Positions 38,853 through 47,463 of a stretch of DNA of 64,000 nt are shown here, one piece after another. Source of the stretch: a phage. Location: sequence record PZ386947.1; one strand, 5' to 3'. The notes beneath the pieces were generated by a model that worked only from the letters and a program-made list of their open reading frames with translations, was not told the origin of the DNA and ran no database searches. Within the stretch, counting starts at the first letter, position 1, and every line of letters begins with the position of its first letter. Position numbers and translations under genes: made by a program.

Positions 38853-39308
38853 TTAAAAGAGGCTGTTCATTATTCGGTAAAGTGAAGGACCCATCACATA
38901 TTGCCACTGAGTACGAGGAATAAGGGCAAAAGCATCCATCTCTGGAATCATAACACCATCTTTATTTTCAAAATAAGACTCGCAATGGCAATTTCTGAAC
39001 ATCTCATGCTCTACTGGAATCGTATAATAAAATAACTGTAAGTCTTTATTACTAGAATATTTAAATACACCTAGGTCTTCTAGAAGGTCTGGATTATAAT
39101 TGCTAAAACCGGTCTCTTCTAAGCATTCTCTTTTTGCAGCTTCCAGTGCATTCAAATCAGAACTTTCTACGCGGCCCTTTGGAATATCCCAGCGATGTGC
39201 CATCATTCCAGGCTTACGAGAACCAGTAACCCGACCCATAAATAAATCTTTATCTTCTGTCATAAAGATAATACCAGCTGATAGTGTTTTCATTTTAATT
39301 TCCTGCAT
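38853..39308 (-). CDS. nudE: Nudix hydrolase
   Basis: 151 aa; Nudix box GRVESSDLNALEAAKRECLEETG; position after e as in T4 (e.1/nudE). Confidence 0.85.
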   Translation of the reverse strand: MQEIKMKTLSAGIIFMTEDKDLFMGRVTGSRKPGMMAHRWDIPKGRVESSDLNALEAAKRECLEETGFSNYNPDLLEDLGVFKYSSNKDLQLFYYTIPVEHEMFRNCHCESYFENKDGVMIPEMDAFALIPRTQWQYVMGPSLYRIMNSLF

Positions 39309-39481
39309 TCAGTGATAAAGTTATTTAAATTTTGAGTATATTTCTTTTCATCAAAAATCTTTTGTTGTCTGCGTAAACGCCATGGCATTTCAATGAACAT
39401 ACGCCATATTCCTGATAATACTGCTGCTGTAAAAATATTAACAAGTATAGTTAAAAGAACCCAATCTCCTATTCTGTCCAT
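39290..39481 (-). CDS. small membrane protein
   Basis: 63 aa with hydrophobic N-terminus. Confidence 0.4.
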   Translation of the reverse strand: MDRIGDWVLLTILVNIFTAAVLSGIWRMFIEMPWRLRRQQKIFDEKKYTQNLNNFITECRKLK

Positions 39482-39779
39482 TGGATTTTTTTATAAAAAA
39501 GTAAAATACGAACGATGATATAGGAAGACTAATGATATACCACAGAAGAACCTTCTTATCTGTGAACCAATCAGCATTCGTTAACTTAGCGCGACCGTTT
39601 TGAATACATACGAACTTATCATCTGTTACAGTAAATGGCTTAGCTGCTTGATATCCCATTCTAAACTCCCTAATCAACAAATTTTTCATATCTTCGGAAC
39701 AACCATTCCAGTCAACTCTATCAACTGAAATGCCATCATCCCCATCATCTAAATCATACCAGCGAGTTTTTAAAATCAT
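39438..39779 (-). CDS. hypothetical membrane protein
   Basis: 113 aa ORF with C-terminal hydrophobic segment. Confidence 0.45.
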   Translation of the reverse strand: MILKTRWYDLDDGDDGISVDRVDWNGCSEDMKNLLIREFRMGYQAAKPFTVTDDKFVCIQNGRAKLTNADWFTDKKVLLWYIISLPISSFVFYFFIKKSNGQNRRLGSFNYTC

Positions 39780-40138
39780 TTAATTTTCCTACAATCACTC
39801 ACAAACTCTTTCATTGACTCATTTTCAATATAAGACATGTAGCTATTATATTCTTTTAATTGTATTTTGTAATCTTTTTTTCTTTGCCAATTTATTTTAA
39901 AATTATCATAATGAAAATATAAAATGATACCAAAGAATGAAAACAATGAAATAATTTTAGTATAACAAAGCTCACTCCAAACTTCTGTTATATTTACTGT
40001 GCCGTCGATGTTTAAAATAAGACAGTCAATTAACAATCCAAAAAGACTACCTGCAAGAGCTGCAGCCAACGCCACAGCAAAAATTAAAAATGACTCAGAA
40101 AACGAATATTTGACTTTATTTAGTTTTGGCTTTTGCAT
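39776..40138 (-). CDS. membrane protein (2 TM)
   Basis: 120 aa; two hydrophobic helices followed by a charged tail. Confidence 0.5.
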   Translation of the reverse strand: MQKPKLNKVKYSFSESFLIFAVALAAALAGSLFGLLIDCLILNIDGTVNITEVWSELCYTKIISLFSFFGIILYFHYDNFKINWQRKKDYKIQLKEYNSYMSYIENESMKEFVSDCRKIK

Positions 40139-40533
40139 CGTGATTCCTTAACAAATTTCATAATTTCATCAAATTCATACGCAGCAAGTTTAAGCTGATG
40201 TTCCTTTTTAATCTTTTTACACTGTGCTTTCCAATCACGCACGCGTTTACGATAATGCCTTCCTTGATACCAGTATCCTACCCAATTTACGGGTACTAAT
40301 AAAAGTGGAACTATTAATGGAAGAATTAGCATTAACACAAGTATTTCGCCAGAATCAATATCAGTCATAACATCTAAAACACCTCCAATAATCAATAGAA
40401 TTACAAATGATATGAGTATAACAGGACCTATTAACACATCAGTAGAAATTATCTGACGCTTTAATTCATACTTCAACGGTTTACTTGGAAGGTATAGTGA
40501 TGGCTTTGACATATTCTCTACATTCCTTAACAA
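40120..40533 (-). CDS. membrane protein (2 TM)
   Basis: 137 aa; same architecture as 39776..40138. Confidence 0.5.
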   Translation of the reverse strand: MLRNVENMSKPSLYLPSKPLKYELKRQIISTDVLIGPVILISFVILLIIGGVLDVMTDIDSGEILVLMLILPLIVPLLLVPVNWVGYWYQGRHYRKRVRDWKAQCKKIKKEHQLKLAAYEFDEIMKFVKESRCKSQN

Positions 40534-41095
40534 ATTTTTCTAGTAATAAATCACTTTCAAAATTGGGATTTTCTACAAATTTATCAAAAAGATCATCAAC
40601 AATAGTTAAGATATTCTTTTTACTAAGAATACGTTTATTTTCATGCTTCGTTTCAGAATCAACTATAAGAGTAAAGAAATATTTCTTGCCCTGAAATTTT
40701 ACAGTAGTATCAATATAAAATAAATTTGACTTTTGTAAATTACGTTTAAACCATGCGTCACTTAAACTATAAACACCGAGATAATCAAAATCGTCGTTTA
40801 AATAACAAACCGTCCATTCAGGAGAAATGAAATCAGTAAATTCAACATCAAAATCACACGTCAATGAATGAATTGATTCAATACTGTTAATGAGTATTCC
40901 AGGACGTATTAAAGACTTTTTACCTCTAGAAAATCTTCCGGAAAGGCTTTCATCAGTTTCATATGAAGACCCCCAATAGTAATTACGTCCTTCTGCCATG
41001 CGTTTAAGAGCATTTAGTAATTGGTCTGGAACATCAACCTGTCTTTGGAACTCTTCAAACATTGAATTGAAATCACTTTGCATTTTCATTTTCAT
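40481..41095 (-). CDS. hypothetical protein
   Basis: 204 aa ORF. Confidence 0.5.
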   Translation of the reverse strand: MKMKMQSDFNSMFEEFQRQVDVPDQLLNALKRMAEGRNYYWGSSYETDESLSGRFSRGKKSLIRPGILINSIESIHSLTCDFDVEFTDFISPEWTVCYLNDDFDYLGVYSLSDAWFKRNLQKSNLFYIDTTVKFQGKKYFFTLIVDSETKHENKRILSKKNILTIVDDLFDKFVENPNFESDLLLEKFVKECREYVKAITIPSK

Positions 41096-41112
41096 TCCTA
41101 TTTACTCCAAGT

Positions 41113-41134
41113 ATAAGGGGCCGAAGCCCCTTAT
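41113..41134 (-). terminator. intercistronic stem-loop ATAAGGGGC-CGAA-GCCCCTTAT
   Basis: Perfect hairpin between two minus-strand genes, immediately 5' of the RBS of 40481..41095. Confidence 0.45.
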
Positions 41135-41136
41135 CA

Positions 41137-41730
41137 TTATTTCAGAGAATTAATGTATTCCTGAACATCGGCAGAGGTAGTTTCAACCCCAGAAATATTA
41201 CCGTTAAAGGTTTCAACTCGAGCAAGGGTATCTTCAATATCAACCTTAGTCAGTGCTGCAATTTCAACTACATCATCAGCAGTACTAATTCCAAGGGCAT
41301 TTGCTGCACGAGTTTCACGGATATATTCCAATTTAACTGCAAGTTCTTGGCGAGCATCATCCAATTCAACTACTTTCTTGGCGATTTCAATTCGCATTTC
41401 AGCATAACCATCAGCTTTAGTAGTCAACTGTTCAGCTGTTCGACGATATAGCAAGCCGAGTTTAGCATGCATTGTTACATCTTGACTTTCAGAAAGAAGC
41501 TTGCGAATTTCACGCTCTTTTGATTCGGCCTGTCGATTCTTTTCGACAATAAGTTCACGAATACGTTTTTCTTCATTAATAGATTTAACAGAAGCAGTTT
41601 TTAGATCTTTAATTTTATCAAGTAGTTTTGCTGCTGCAGCAGTATACTGTTCTTCGACAGATAGATTTTTAGCCATAGCAGAACCAAGTTTAGTGCGAAT
41701 AAACTCAACAATTTTCTTCAGTGTGTTCAT
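41137..41730 (-). CDS. coiled-coil protein
   Basis: 197 aa, heptad-rich, alanine/glutamate/lysine-rich. Confidence 0.55.
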   Translation of the reverse strand: MNTLKKIVEFIRTKLGSAMAKNLSVEEQYTAAAAKLLDKIKDLKTASVKSINEEKRIRELIVEKNRQAESKEREIRKLLSESQDVTMHAKLGLLYRRTAEQLTTKADGYAEMRIEIAKKVVELDDARQELAVKLEYIRETRAANALGISTADDVVEIAALTKVDIEDTLARVETFNGNISGVETTSADVQEYINSLK

Positions 41731-42018
41731 AGTATTTCCTTAGGTTGATTAAGATTTAAAATCCGTGAGAGTATTATACTCCGGATAGTTTGTAAACTAT
41801 TTCAACATCGCCTTTTGCTGCTTTATAACCTTCAGCCCAAGATATAACCGAGTTTTTATCTGAAGATTCAAATTCTGGCATTGGGCTTTCGCCAATGTTC
41901 ACGCAGTATGTTTCTTCATTTTCGTCGAACCAAATAATTAAAGTAGTCATTTATTTCTCCGTTTCTGTATTTGTTTTGATAAGTCTATAATAACACCGTC
42001 CTTGGTGTTTGTACACAA

Positions 42019-42282
42019 TTATTTCATATTATTGAAATATTCTTCTGCGATTTCGTCGTTATCATGGTAAACTTTAGAAGACAGTTTAACATAACCTTCA
42101 GCAGTGAACATGTTAATCACAACCTTTACAGTATACCACTGACCATCTTCATTACCCATTACTGCGTAAGTTTCAAACATCGGATGGTCAGGACCGATAA
42201 CTTTAATATCATTCACTGTACGACCGAAATCTTCTGAAACACATTTCATAAAGAAGTTGAACAGCTCACCGTAATTATCCAT
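42019..42282 (-). CDS. hypothetical protein
   Basis: ORF track 42019..42345; trimmed to MDNYGELFNFF (GGAGAA RBS); upstream extension is promoter read-through. Confidence 0.5.
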   Translation of the reverse strand: MDNYGELFNFFMKCVSEDFGRTVNDIKVIGPDHPMFETYAVMGNEDGQWYTVKVVINMFTAEGYVKLSSKVYHDNDEIAEEYFNNMK

Positions 42283-42325
42283 TTCATTCTCCAAGTTGTT
42301 TTCTGTATCAGTAGTTGATAGTTGT

Positions 42326-42354
42326 ATAGTACCATGGAAGGACAAGGATGTAAA
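42326..42354 (-). promoter_or_regulatory. T4-type early promoter
   Basis: Minus strand TTTACA, 17 nt, TACTAT. Confidence 0.65.
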
Positions 42355-42487
42355 CCGTTTTGTGAAAAAATTTTTAAAAAGTTTTGGGGAATTCTAGGGC
42401 AGGAAGGGGAAATCAAAGGATAGGATAATATATTATAAAGGGTAGAAACTAAATGATGTCTAGAGAGGCCTGGAAAGGCCTAGATAC

Positions 42488-42513
42488 CAAAAAGCCCCAA
42501 CCTTTCGGTCGGG
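42488..42513 (-). terminator. rho-independent terminator (copy 1 of a duplicated 30 bp element)
   Basis: AGCCCC-hairpin followed on the minus strand by TTTTT; identical 30 bp sequence recurs at 43043-43072. Confidence 0.65.
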
Positions 42514-42523
42514 GCTAAGAATG

Positions 42524-42997
42524 TTATTTGATTTGTTTAGCAGACCAAATGCGATCTTTAATAATTTTTTGGATGTCTTCAACATACTCAAGAGAGTGAG
42601 CATGTGGATTATCTTTGAAACTATAAGCACGAGCTAGTTTTTGGCCTTCAGTTTTGATTACTAAAAGCTCTTTAAGGATAGCTTCATATTTGGAGATAAT
42701 TCCTTTAACAATATTTTTTTCTTGTGCAGCTTTAGGATCTGCTTTAGGAGCAGGTTTACCCGAAGCCTTTGCAAAAGCAGCGCCAGTAGCAACTAAACTT
42801 TTCCAGGCCATACTAACTGCATTTCCCGTAAATCCTTCCGCTTTCATGTCGCGTGCGAACTGGAATCGCGATTCATCAGAAGCATCTTTATAAGAATATT
42901 TACCCGCTGCAATGGCTGCTTTTGCGACAGCTTGAATTTCGGTGCTAGATGCTTCATTTAACACCGCTTCATTTAAAAATTGAGTATATGATTTCAT
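42524..42997 (-). CDS. internal-protein-like basic protein with capsid targeting sequence
   Basis: 157 aa; N-terminus MKSYTQFLNEA resembles the T4 IP capsid-targeting sequence MKTYQEFIAEA with an L-x-E prohead protease site; Ala/Lys-rich. Confidence 0.6.
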   Translation of the reverse strand: MKSYTQFLNEAVLNEASSTEIQAVAKAAIAAGKYSYKDASDESRFQFARDMKAEGFTGNAVSMAWKSLVATGAAFAKASGKPAPKADPKAAQEKNIVKGIISKYEAILKELLVIKTEGQKLARAYSFKDNPHAHSLEYVEDIQKIIKDRIWSAKQIK

Positions 42998-43044
42998 CTT
43001 ATTTCCTGTTTTAATTCGTGGTTTTAATATACTTATTTATACTA

Positions 43045-43070
43045 AAAAGCCCCAACCTTTCGGTCGGGGC
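43045..43070 (-). terminator. rho-independent terminator (copy 2)
   Basis: Same hairpin AAAAGCCCCAACCTTTCGGTCGGGGCTAAG; minus-strand U-tract follows. Confidence 0.6.
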
Positions 43071-43122
43071 TAAGCCTTGCGGCAACCTTGTCGGGGTTCC
43101 ACCTGCTAAGGCAAGTGTTTGT

Positions 43123-43213
43123 ACGAAACGCCGGGATTCGAACCCGGTTATTAAGCAGTTGACGCTACTCAATATTTTTAAAAGGCCATATCTCGACCAT
43201 ATCCGAACGTTCC
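43123..43213 (-). ncRNA. candidate structured small RNA / tRNA remnant
   Basis: GC-rich non-coding stretch with a perfect tRNA-like T-arm (CCGGG-ATTCGAA-CCCGG, plus coords 43131-43147) but no foldable anticodon arm. Confidence 0.3.
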
Positions 43214-43380
43214 GTCAAAAACGCTACTCGGCTTACGGCAAAGATATTTCCTCGAATCGATAATTCGGTGCGCCGTTTCTGCTGTGATGTAAGAGGGCAT
43301 CAATAAACGCAAAGATTATTAACGCAATTCCTTACTCAGGGAACATCAGTCCGACGACTTACCGGTAGCGACCCGGTTTC

Positions 43381-43731
43381 TTAATATTCTTTTAAAGCAT
43401 CAATCTGTTTACGGCGTTCACGCCATAAATCAATTGCTTCATACGCGGATTCAACATTTCGAATTGGACGGCATTTATATAAAGATTTGTGATTTTGATA
43501 TTGCGTAGATAACGGAATTTTATCTAAAAGGTCTTTACGTTCAAAGTATTCGTAACCATCTAAGCCAAATGAACGATTTTTGAGAAATTGCCAATGACCA
43601 AATTCGTTTTGAATATAAATATAATCCGCATGTTGATAAAGTAAATTAATTTCACGAAATGAGATATGTTTTTCATATTCATTGAAGTAAAATGTTAAAT
43701 CATGAACTACTAAATAAACATTACCTTTCAT
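43381..43731 (-). CDS. hypothetical protein
   Basis: 116 aa ORF between the small-RNA region and tRNA-Arg. Confidence 0.5.
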   Translation of the reverse strand: MKGNVYLVVHDLTFYFNEYEKHISFREINLLYQHADYIYIQNEFGHWQFLKNRSFGLDGYEYFERKDLLDKIPLSTQYQNHKSLYKCRPIRNVESAYEAIDLWRERRKQIDALKEY

Positions 43732-43749
43732 ATTTTCCTCACTTATAAT

Positions 43750-43825
43750 TGGTCGAGGCAGTAGGGATCGAACCTACGACCTAGGACTTAGAAGGTCCTT
43801 GCTCTTCCTTCTGAGCTATGCCCCG
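43750..43825 (-). tRNA. tRNA-Arg (anticodon UCU)
   Basis: Hand-folded: acceptor CGGGGCA/TGCCTCG, T-arm CCTAC-GATCGAA-GTAGG (plus view), anticodon loop CTTCTAA, encoded CCA. Confidence 0.85.
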
Positions 43826-43829
43826 TAAT

Positions 43830-43919
43830 TGGGGTGACCGATGGGAGTCGAACCACCCGAGTCGCAATGACAATGGATTTACAGTCCACACCGCTACCTC
43901 TACGGGATAACTCCCCTTA
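43830..43919 (-). ncRNA. tRNA-like RNA with Tyr-type anticodon loop (possible pseudo-tRNA or stable RNA)
   Basis: Sits between tRNA-Arg and tRNA-Ile with CCA-like end; good anticodon stem-loop GUGGA-CUGUAAA-UCCAU but T-stem and acceptor stem do not pair canonically. Confidence 0.35.
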
Positions 43920-43929
43920 ATTCTTAATT

Positions 43930-44004
43930 TGGTGGCCCTGGGTGGAATTGAACCACCATCTGGCGATTATGAGTCGCTTGCTTGAACCTTCCAGCTACAG
44001 GGCC
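43930..44004 (-). tRNA. tRNA-Ile (anticodon CAU, Ile2-type; Met not excluded)
   Basis: Acceptor GGCCCTG, T-arm GGTGG-TTCAATT-CCACC, anticodon loop CTCATAA, encoded CCA. Confidence 0.8.
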
Positions 44005-44005
44005 T

Positions 44006-44081
44006 TGGTGCTGATTGACGGAATCGAACCGCCGACCTTCTCATTACAAGTGAGTTGCTCTACCTACTGAGCTAAATCAGC
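44006..44081 (-). tRNA. tRNA-Thr (anticodon UGU)
   Basis: Acceptor GCTGATT, T-arm GGCGG-TTCGATT-CCGTC, anticodon loop CTTGTAA, encoded CCA. Confidence 0.85.
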
Positions 44082-44086
44082 AAAAC

Positions 44087-44176
44087 TGGCGGAGGCGATA
44101 GGATTTGAACCTATGAGTCGCCGGAGCGACTGCCGGTTTTCAAGACCGGTGCATTAAACCACTCTGCCACGCCTCC
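44087..44176 (-). tRNA. tRNA-Ser (anticodon UGA), class II
   Basis: Sequence GGAGGCGTGGCAGAGTGG...CCGGTCTTGAAAACCGG... with long variable arm; matches T4 tRNA-Ser as I recall it. Confidence 0.9.
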
Positions 44177-44182
44177 AAATAT

Positions 44183-44833
44183 TTATATATTGTTAATTTG
44201 ATTTAGAATTCTTTTTGCTTGAGTATGACTTACGCCAATATGCTTAGCATATTTAGACAATTCGCCACGTTTAGAAAAATCATATAATTTAGAAATTTCT
44301 ATTCTTCTTTTTCTTTCATCCGCAGAAACTTTTGCTTCGTTTGCTTTTGCTATTTTACGTTTAGCTTCTTGAGAATGAGTTTTACCAGCAAAGCCATTCT
44401 TCATTAATCCATTTGAAGACCATCCTTTTAATTTTCCGTTAGAATGTGCCTTTTTAACACCCAATGAAATTAATTCGCGTTGCTGATCTGTCATAGGATA
44501 ATTATTTATATGATCCCATCCACCTTCACCTCCAAGTTTTAAATTATACACATCTGGTCTATTTAAAAACTCTTCTGTGACAATATTTTTCTCGGCTTCA
44601 AGCATAGATTCTTTATCGTCAAAATACTCTAATATTTCTTTAGAAAAATTTTCTATACCATATTTATCTTGGGCTCTTTTTAATAATTTACCAGAACCCA
44701 TATATCCATCATCTAAATTTTCGGTAGAATGCACACCAATATAAATTTTATTATTAATTTTATTTGTTATTTTATAAAGATAAAAATGCATATCAGTCCC
44801 TAATAAAGAACTGAGCGTCTCACGACGAGTCAT
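44183..44833 (-). CDS. segB: GIY-YIG homing endonuclease (SegB-like)
   Basis: 216 aa; GIY-YIG motif FYLYKITNKINNKIYIGVH; C-terminal DNA-binding region; sits inside the tRNA cluster as T4 segB does. Confidence 0.85.
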   Translation of the reverse strand: MTRRETLSSLLGTDMHFYLYKITNKINNKIYIGVHSTENLDDGYMGSGKLLKRAQDKYGIENFSKEILEYFDDKESMLEAEKNIVTEEFLNRPDVYNLKLGGEGGWDHINNYPMTDQQRELISLGVKKAHSNGKLKGWSSNGLMKNGFAGKTHSQEAKRKIAKANEAKVSADERKRRIEISKLYDFSKRGELSKYAKHIGVSHTQAKRILNQINNI

Positions 44834-44837
44834 AAAT

Positions 44838-44911
<74 letters not shown>

Positions 44912-44916
44912 AAATT

Positions 44917-45003
44917 TGGTGCGAGAAGTGGGACTCGAACCCACAAGGAAATCATTCCGCAGCATTTTAAGTGCTGTGCCTTTACCAATTTGACCATTCT
45001 CGC
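44917..45003 (-). tRNA. tRNA-Leu (anticodon UAA), class II
   Basis: Acceptor GCGAGAA, long variable arm, anticodon loop CTTAAAA, T-arm GTGGG-TTCGAGT-CCCAC, encoded CCA. Confidence 0.88.
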
Positions 45004-45009
45004 GCTATA

Positions 45010-45642
45010 TTATTTATTACGTGAAAAAGACTGTTCTATCAATTCTGGACACTTTCGTTCTATCCATTTTCTAGCTTTTTGTGGGCTTATACCTATTATT
45101 TTAGCAGCTTTACTAACCCATCCAAATTTAGAATAATCGATTTTAACTAATTCTTCGTAAATTTCATCAGTTAAAATCTTTTCATTAATATTTACCAGTA
45201 AATGATATAATTTATTATCATTAGCAATTTTAATGAATCTTTTATAGTTTCCGCCTTTACTTAAACCTAATGAAGTAATTGCAGATGATATAGTAGCCGA
45301 ATTTAATAGTGCGTTTAAAATTTCTTCATCACTAACATTATAACGCTTTTTATTATTTTTAATATTTTTACCAGCAAAAGTATCAGTTTGCGAATGGCAG
45401 TTTGGACATAATAATCTTAAATTTGATTTAAGATGATTTTTGTTATTTCCATCAATATGGTCTAATTGCAGAACAATATGCTTATTTTGCCATTTTGAAA
45501 TTTTACAAATTGCACACTCATATGGAAAAATATTTTCTTTTATTATTTTGTCTTTCAGCTTTCCTGTACTAAAATTTGGATGTTTTCCTTCAAAAATTTC
45601 AGCTAATTTAGTATCCATAATATGATTCCCAATTATTAACAA
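45010..45642 (-). CDS. HNH homing endonuclease (zinc-finger HNH type)
   Basis: 210 aa; CAIC...HIVLQLDHIDGNNKNHLKSNLRLLCPNCH HNH-Zn motif; stop codon 7 nt from the tRNA-Leu 5' end. Confidence 0.85.
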   Translation of the reverse strand: MLIIGNHIMDTKLAEIFEGKHPNFSTGKLKDKIIKENIFPYECAICKISKWQNKHIVLQLDHIDGNNKNHLKSNLRLLCPNCHSQTDTFAGKNIKNNKKRYNVSDEEILNALLNSATISSAITSLGLSKGGNYKRFIKIANDNKLYHLLVNINEKILTDEIYEELVKIDYSKFGWVSKAAKIIGISPQKARKWIERKCPELIEQSFSRNK

Positions 45643-45717
45643 AGGCTCTCTAACAAGAACCCTTGATGATAGAGGGTATTAATCAGTGCGGTATGAGTTA
45701 ATAATAACAAATAATTC

Positions 45718-46233
45718 TTAAAGCAAATTAAACATTTTAACGGTCGGCAAAACAATTTCTTTTTCTATATAAGAGTATTTAACACTCTCAACTACACGCA
45801 AAAAATCATAATCATAATACTCAGAAGCATTACCTAAAATATTAATAAGTCCTTCAAGCACTTTATTACCATTCACAAAGAATAAGTCAAATACGCGTTC
45901 TTCGTCTTCTTCGGATTTATTACCAAGGTCAACTTCTATATCAAAGACCTTTTTAATGAATTCTGGATAAAGTTGTTCTGAGAACAGTCCTTCAACCAAG
46001 TATTCATAAATAAAAAGCGATTGCTCGCTGAACAAGCCATTACCACAATAACGTTCAGCTTTAGTACTAGAATGTCTACTTTTAAACTTCTTTAAAAGAT
46101 ATTGAAATTGTAAGATTTCATGCTCTTCTACGCCAAACAGTGTTTTAGTTTTATAGTTGTCACCATCATTTTCCCAGGTAGTGACATCAATTACGTAACC
46201 CTGTGGAATTGTAGTACCTAAACAAATATTCAT
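45718..46233 (-). CDS. hypothetical protein
   Basis: 171 aa ORF. Confidence 0.55.
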   Translation of the reverse strand: MNICLGTTIPQGYVIDVTTWENDGDNYKTKTLFGVEEHEILQFQYLLKKFKSRHSSTKAERYCGNGLFSEQSLFIYEYLVEGLFSEQLYPEFIKKVFDIEVDLGNKSEEDEERVFDLFFVNGNKVLEGLINILGNASEYYDYDFLRVVESVKYSYIEKEIVLPTVKMFNLL

Positions 46234-46523
46234 TTGCTCACCATATTAATGTAAGTATATTCAATACATTCAAGACCCAAAGGATTCTTGAAAATATCAT
46301 ATTCAAGAGGACCTTTTTCTGTTTCAATAAAGAAATCAAAATTTACTGTATTAAATTTACGGTCTTCCTTCACTAATTTAACCTGAGAAGATGAACGGTC
46401 AATGTAAACCTTTTCAACTTCAAAACATGTTAAAACGCCATAATCATCAATCAAGGCTTTAGCCGCGTCTTGATCATATTTATATCCATTTTCAATTGAC
46501 GATACTTTAGCATAAAGAATCAT
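46230..46523 (-). CDS. hypothetical protein
   Basis: 97 aa ORF. Confidence 0.5.
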   Translation of the reverse strand: MILYAKVSSIENGYKYDQDAAKALIDDYGVLTCFEVEKVYIDRSSSQVKLVKEDRKFNTVNFDFFIETEKGPLEYDIFKNPLGLECIEYTYINMVSK

Positions 46524-46525
46524 TA

Positions 46526-46906
46526 TCAGCCTTCATCAACAATAGTATGAGTGTGGGCATTTACAATTTGCCACCAATCAAAGCGATTAGAACCACACAT
46601 CGGTTTGTTTTCATTTTCTTTGATAATATCACGAAGTTCATCTTCGGTAGCGGCTTTCGCGATTAAATCAGCATATCCACCGCGAGGATAATAATTATCA
46701 CCTGCAAAAAGTAAAAAGTTCGGTTTAATATTATTGAACTCTTCAAGAGTAATAACTTTTCCTGTCGGTTGAACAATCTCTACATATTTATATCCTAATT
46801 TTTGAGCAGCATCTACTGCTTCAAGCAAAGTATCATGAGCCCATCCAATTTGACAACCTGGCTTTTCAGATGGATTAGCCTGATAATCCGCGTACACTTT
46901 ATACAT
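46526..46906 (-). CDS. hypothetical protein
   Basis: ORF track 46526..46945; start trimmed to MYKVYADYQ (AGGTGA RBS). Confidence 0.5.
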   Translation of the reverse strand: MYKVYADYQANPSEKPGCQIGWAHDTLLEAVDAAQKLGYKYVEIVQPTGKVITLEEFNNIKPNFLLFAGDNYYPRGGYADLIAKAATEDELRDIIKENENKPMCGSNRFDWWQIVNAHTHTIVDEG

Positions 46907-46907
46907 T

Positions 46908-47093
46908 CTATTCACCTTTAGAAATTTTATCCATAACGATAGCAATTAAACCAATTAAAAATGCTACTACAAGTGAAAAAACATTTTCTGCTGTAGTTAA
47001 TAATCCGCATATAAATCCAACAAACATTGAAAAACTAAAAGCAGAAGCAGAAATTGCAATAGCAACATTTCGAATTAATTCACAACGTTTCAT
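46908..47093 (-). CDS. small membrane protein
   Basis: ORF track 46908..47162; trimmed to MKRCELIRNVAIAISASAFSF... (GAGGAG RBS); upstream extension is promoter read-through. Confidence 0.45.
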   Translation of the reverse strand: MKRCELIRNVAIAISASAFSFSMFVGFICGLLTTAENVFSLVVAFLIGLIAIVMDKISKGE

Positions 47094-47121
47094 TTTATTC
47101 TCCTCAGTAGCTGATAGGGTA

Positions 47122-47150
47122 ATAGTATCACTACTAAAACCCAATGTAAA
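47122..47150 (-). promoter_or_regulatory. T4-type early promoter
   Basis: Minus strand TTTACA, 17 nt, TACTAT. Confidence 0.65.
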
Positions 47151-47154
47151 CAAT

Positions 47155-47379
47155 TTATTCAACGCCAGCGGCTTTCAAAAGTTTCTTAAGATTGGCAACA
47201 CCTTGAGCAGAAAATGTGACCTTGCCACCTTTTTCACTGATAGAACCAACCAATTTAGCAAGTTTATCATTAGGAATTTTTTTAAAATCAGCCAATGTTC
47301 CATCAAAGGTTTTTGAAACAAAAGGCAGTTCGTCTTCGCGTCTTTTAGCTTCTACAATAAATTCTTGATATGTTTTCAT
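47155..47379 (-). CDS. internal-protein-like (capsid targeting sequence)
   Basis: Starts MKTYQEFIVEA, near-identical to the T4 IP capsid-targeting sequence with I-V-E cleavage site; small basic protein. Confidence 0.65.
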   Translation of the reverse strand: MKTYQEFIVEAKRREDELPFVSKTFDGTLADFKKIPNDKLAKLVGSISEKGGKVTFSAQGVANLKKLLKAAGVE

Positions 47380-47415
47380 TTTAGTTTCCATTTGAGTGTT
47401 TGTTTTGATAGGGTA

Positions 47416-47444
47416 ATAGTATCACTACTAAAACCCAATGTAAA
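47416..47444 (-). promoter_or_regulatory. T4-type early promoter
   Basis: Same conserved element as at 47122. Confidence 0.65.
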
Positions 47445-47463
47445 CAACTTTGTGAAAAATTTA

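Noticed and set aside
41137-41730. PspA/IM30-like assignment for the coiled-coil protein
   Set aside because: Only general coiled-coil character is shared; no specific motif matches, so left as a coiled-coil protein.
43018-43263. 81-aa plus-strand ORF
   Set aside because: It runs through a terminator hairpin and the GC-rich tRNA-like segment, is on the opposite strand to all neighbouring genes, and has no RBS; treated as non-coding.
43830-43919. Calling the element a bona fide tRNA-Tyr
   Set aside because: Anticodon arm is convincing but T-stem and acceptor stem do not base-pair; kept as tRNA-like ncRNA only.
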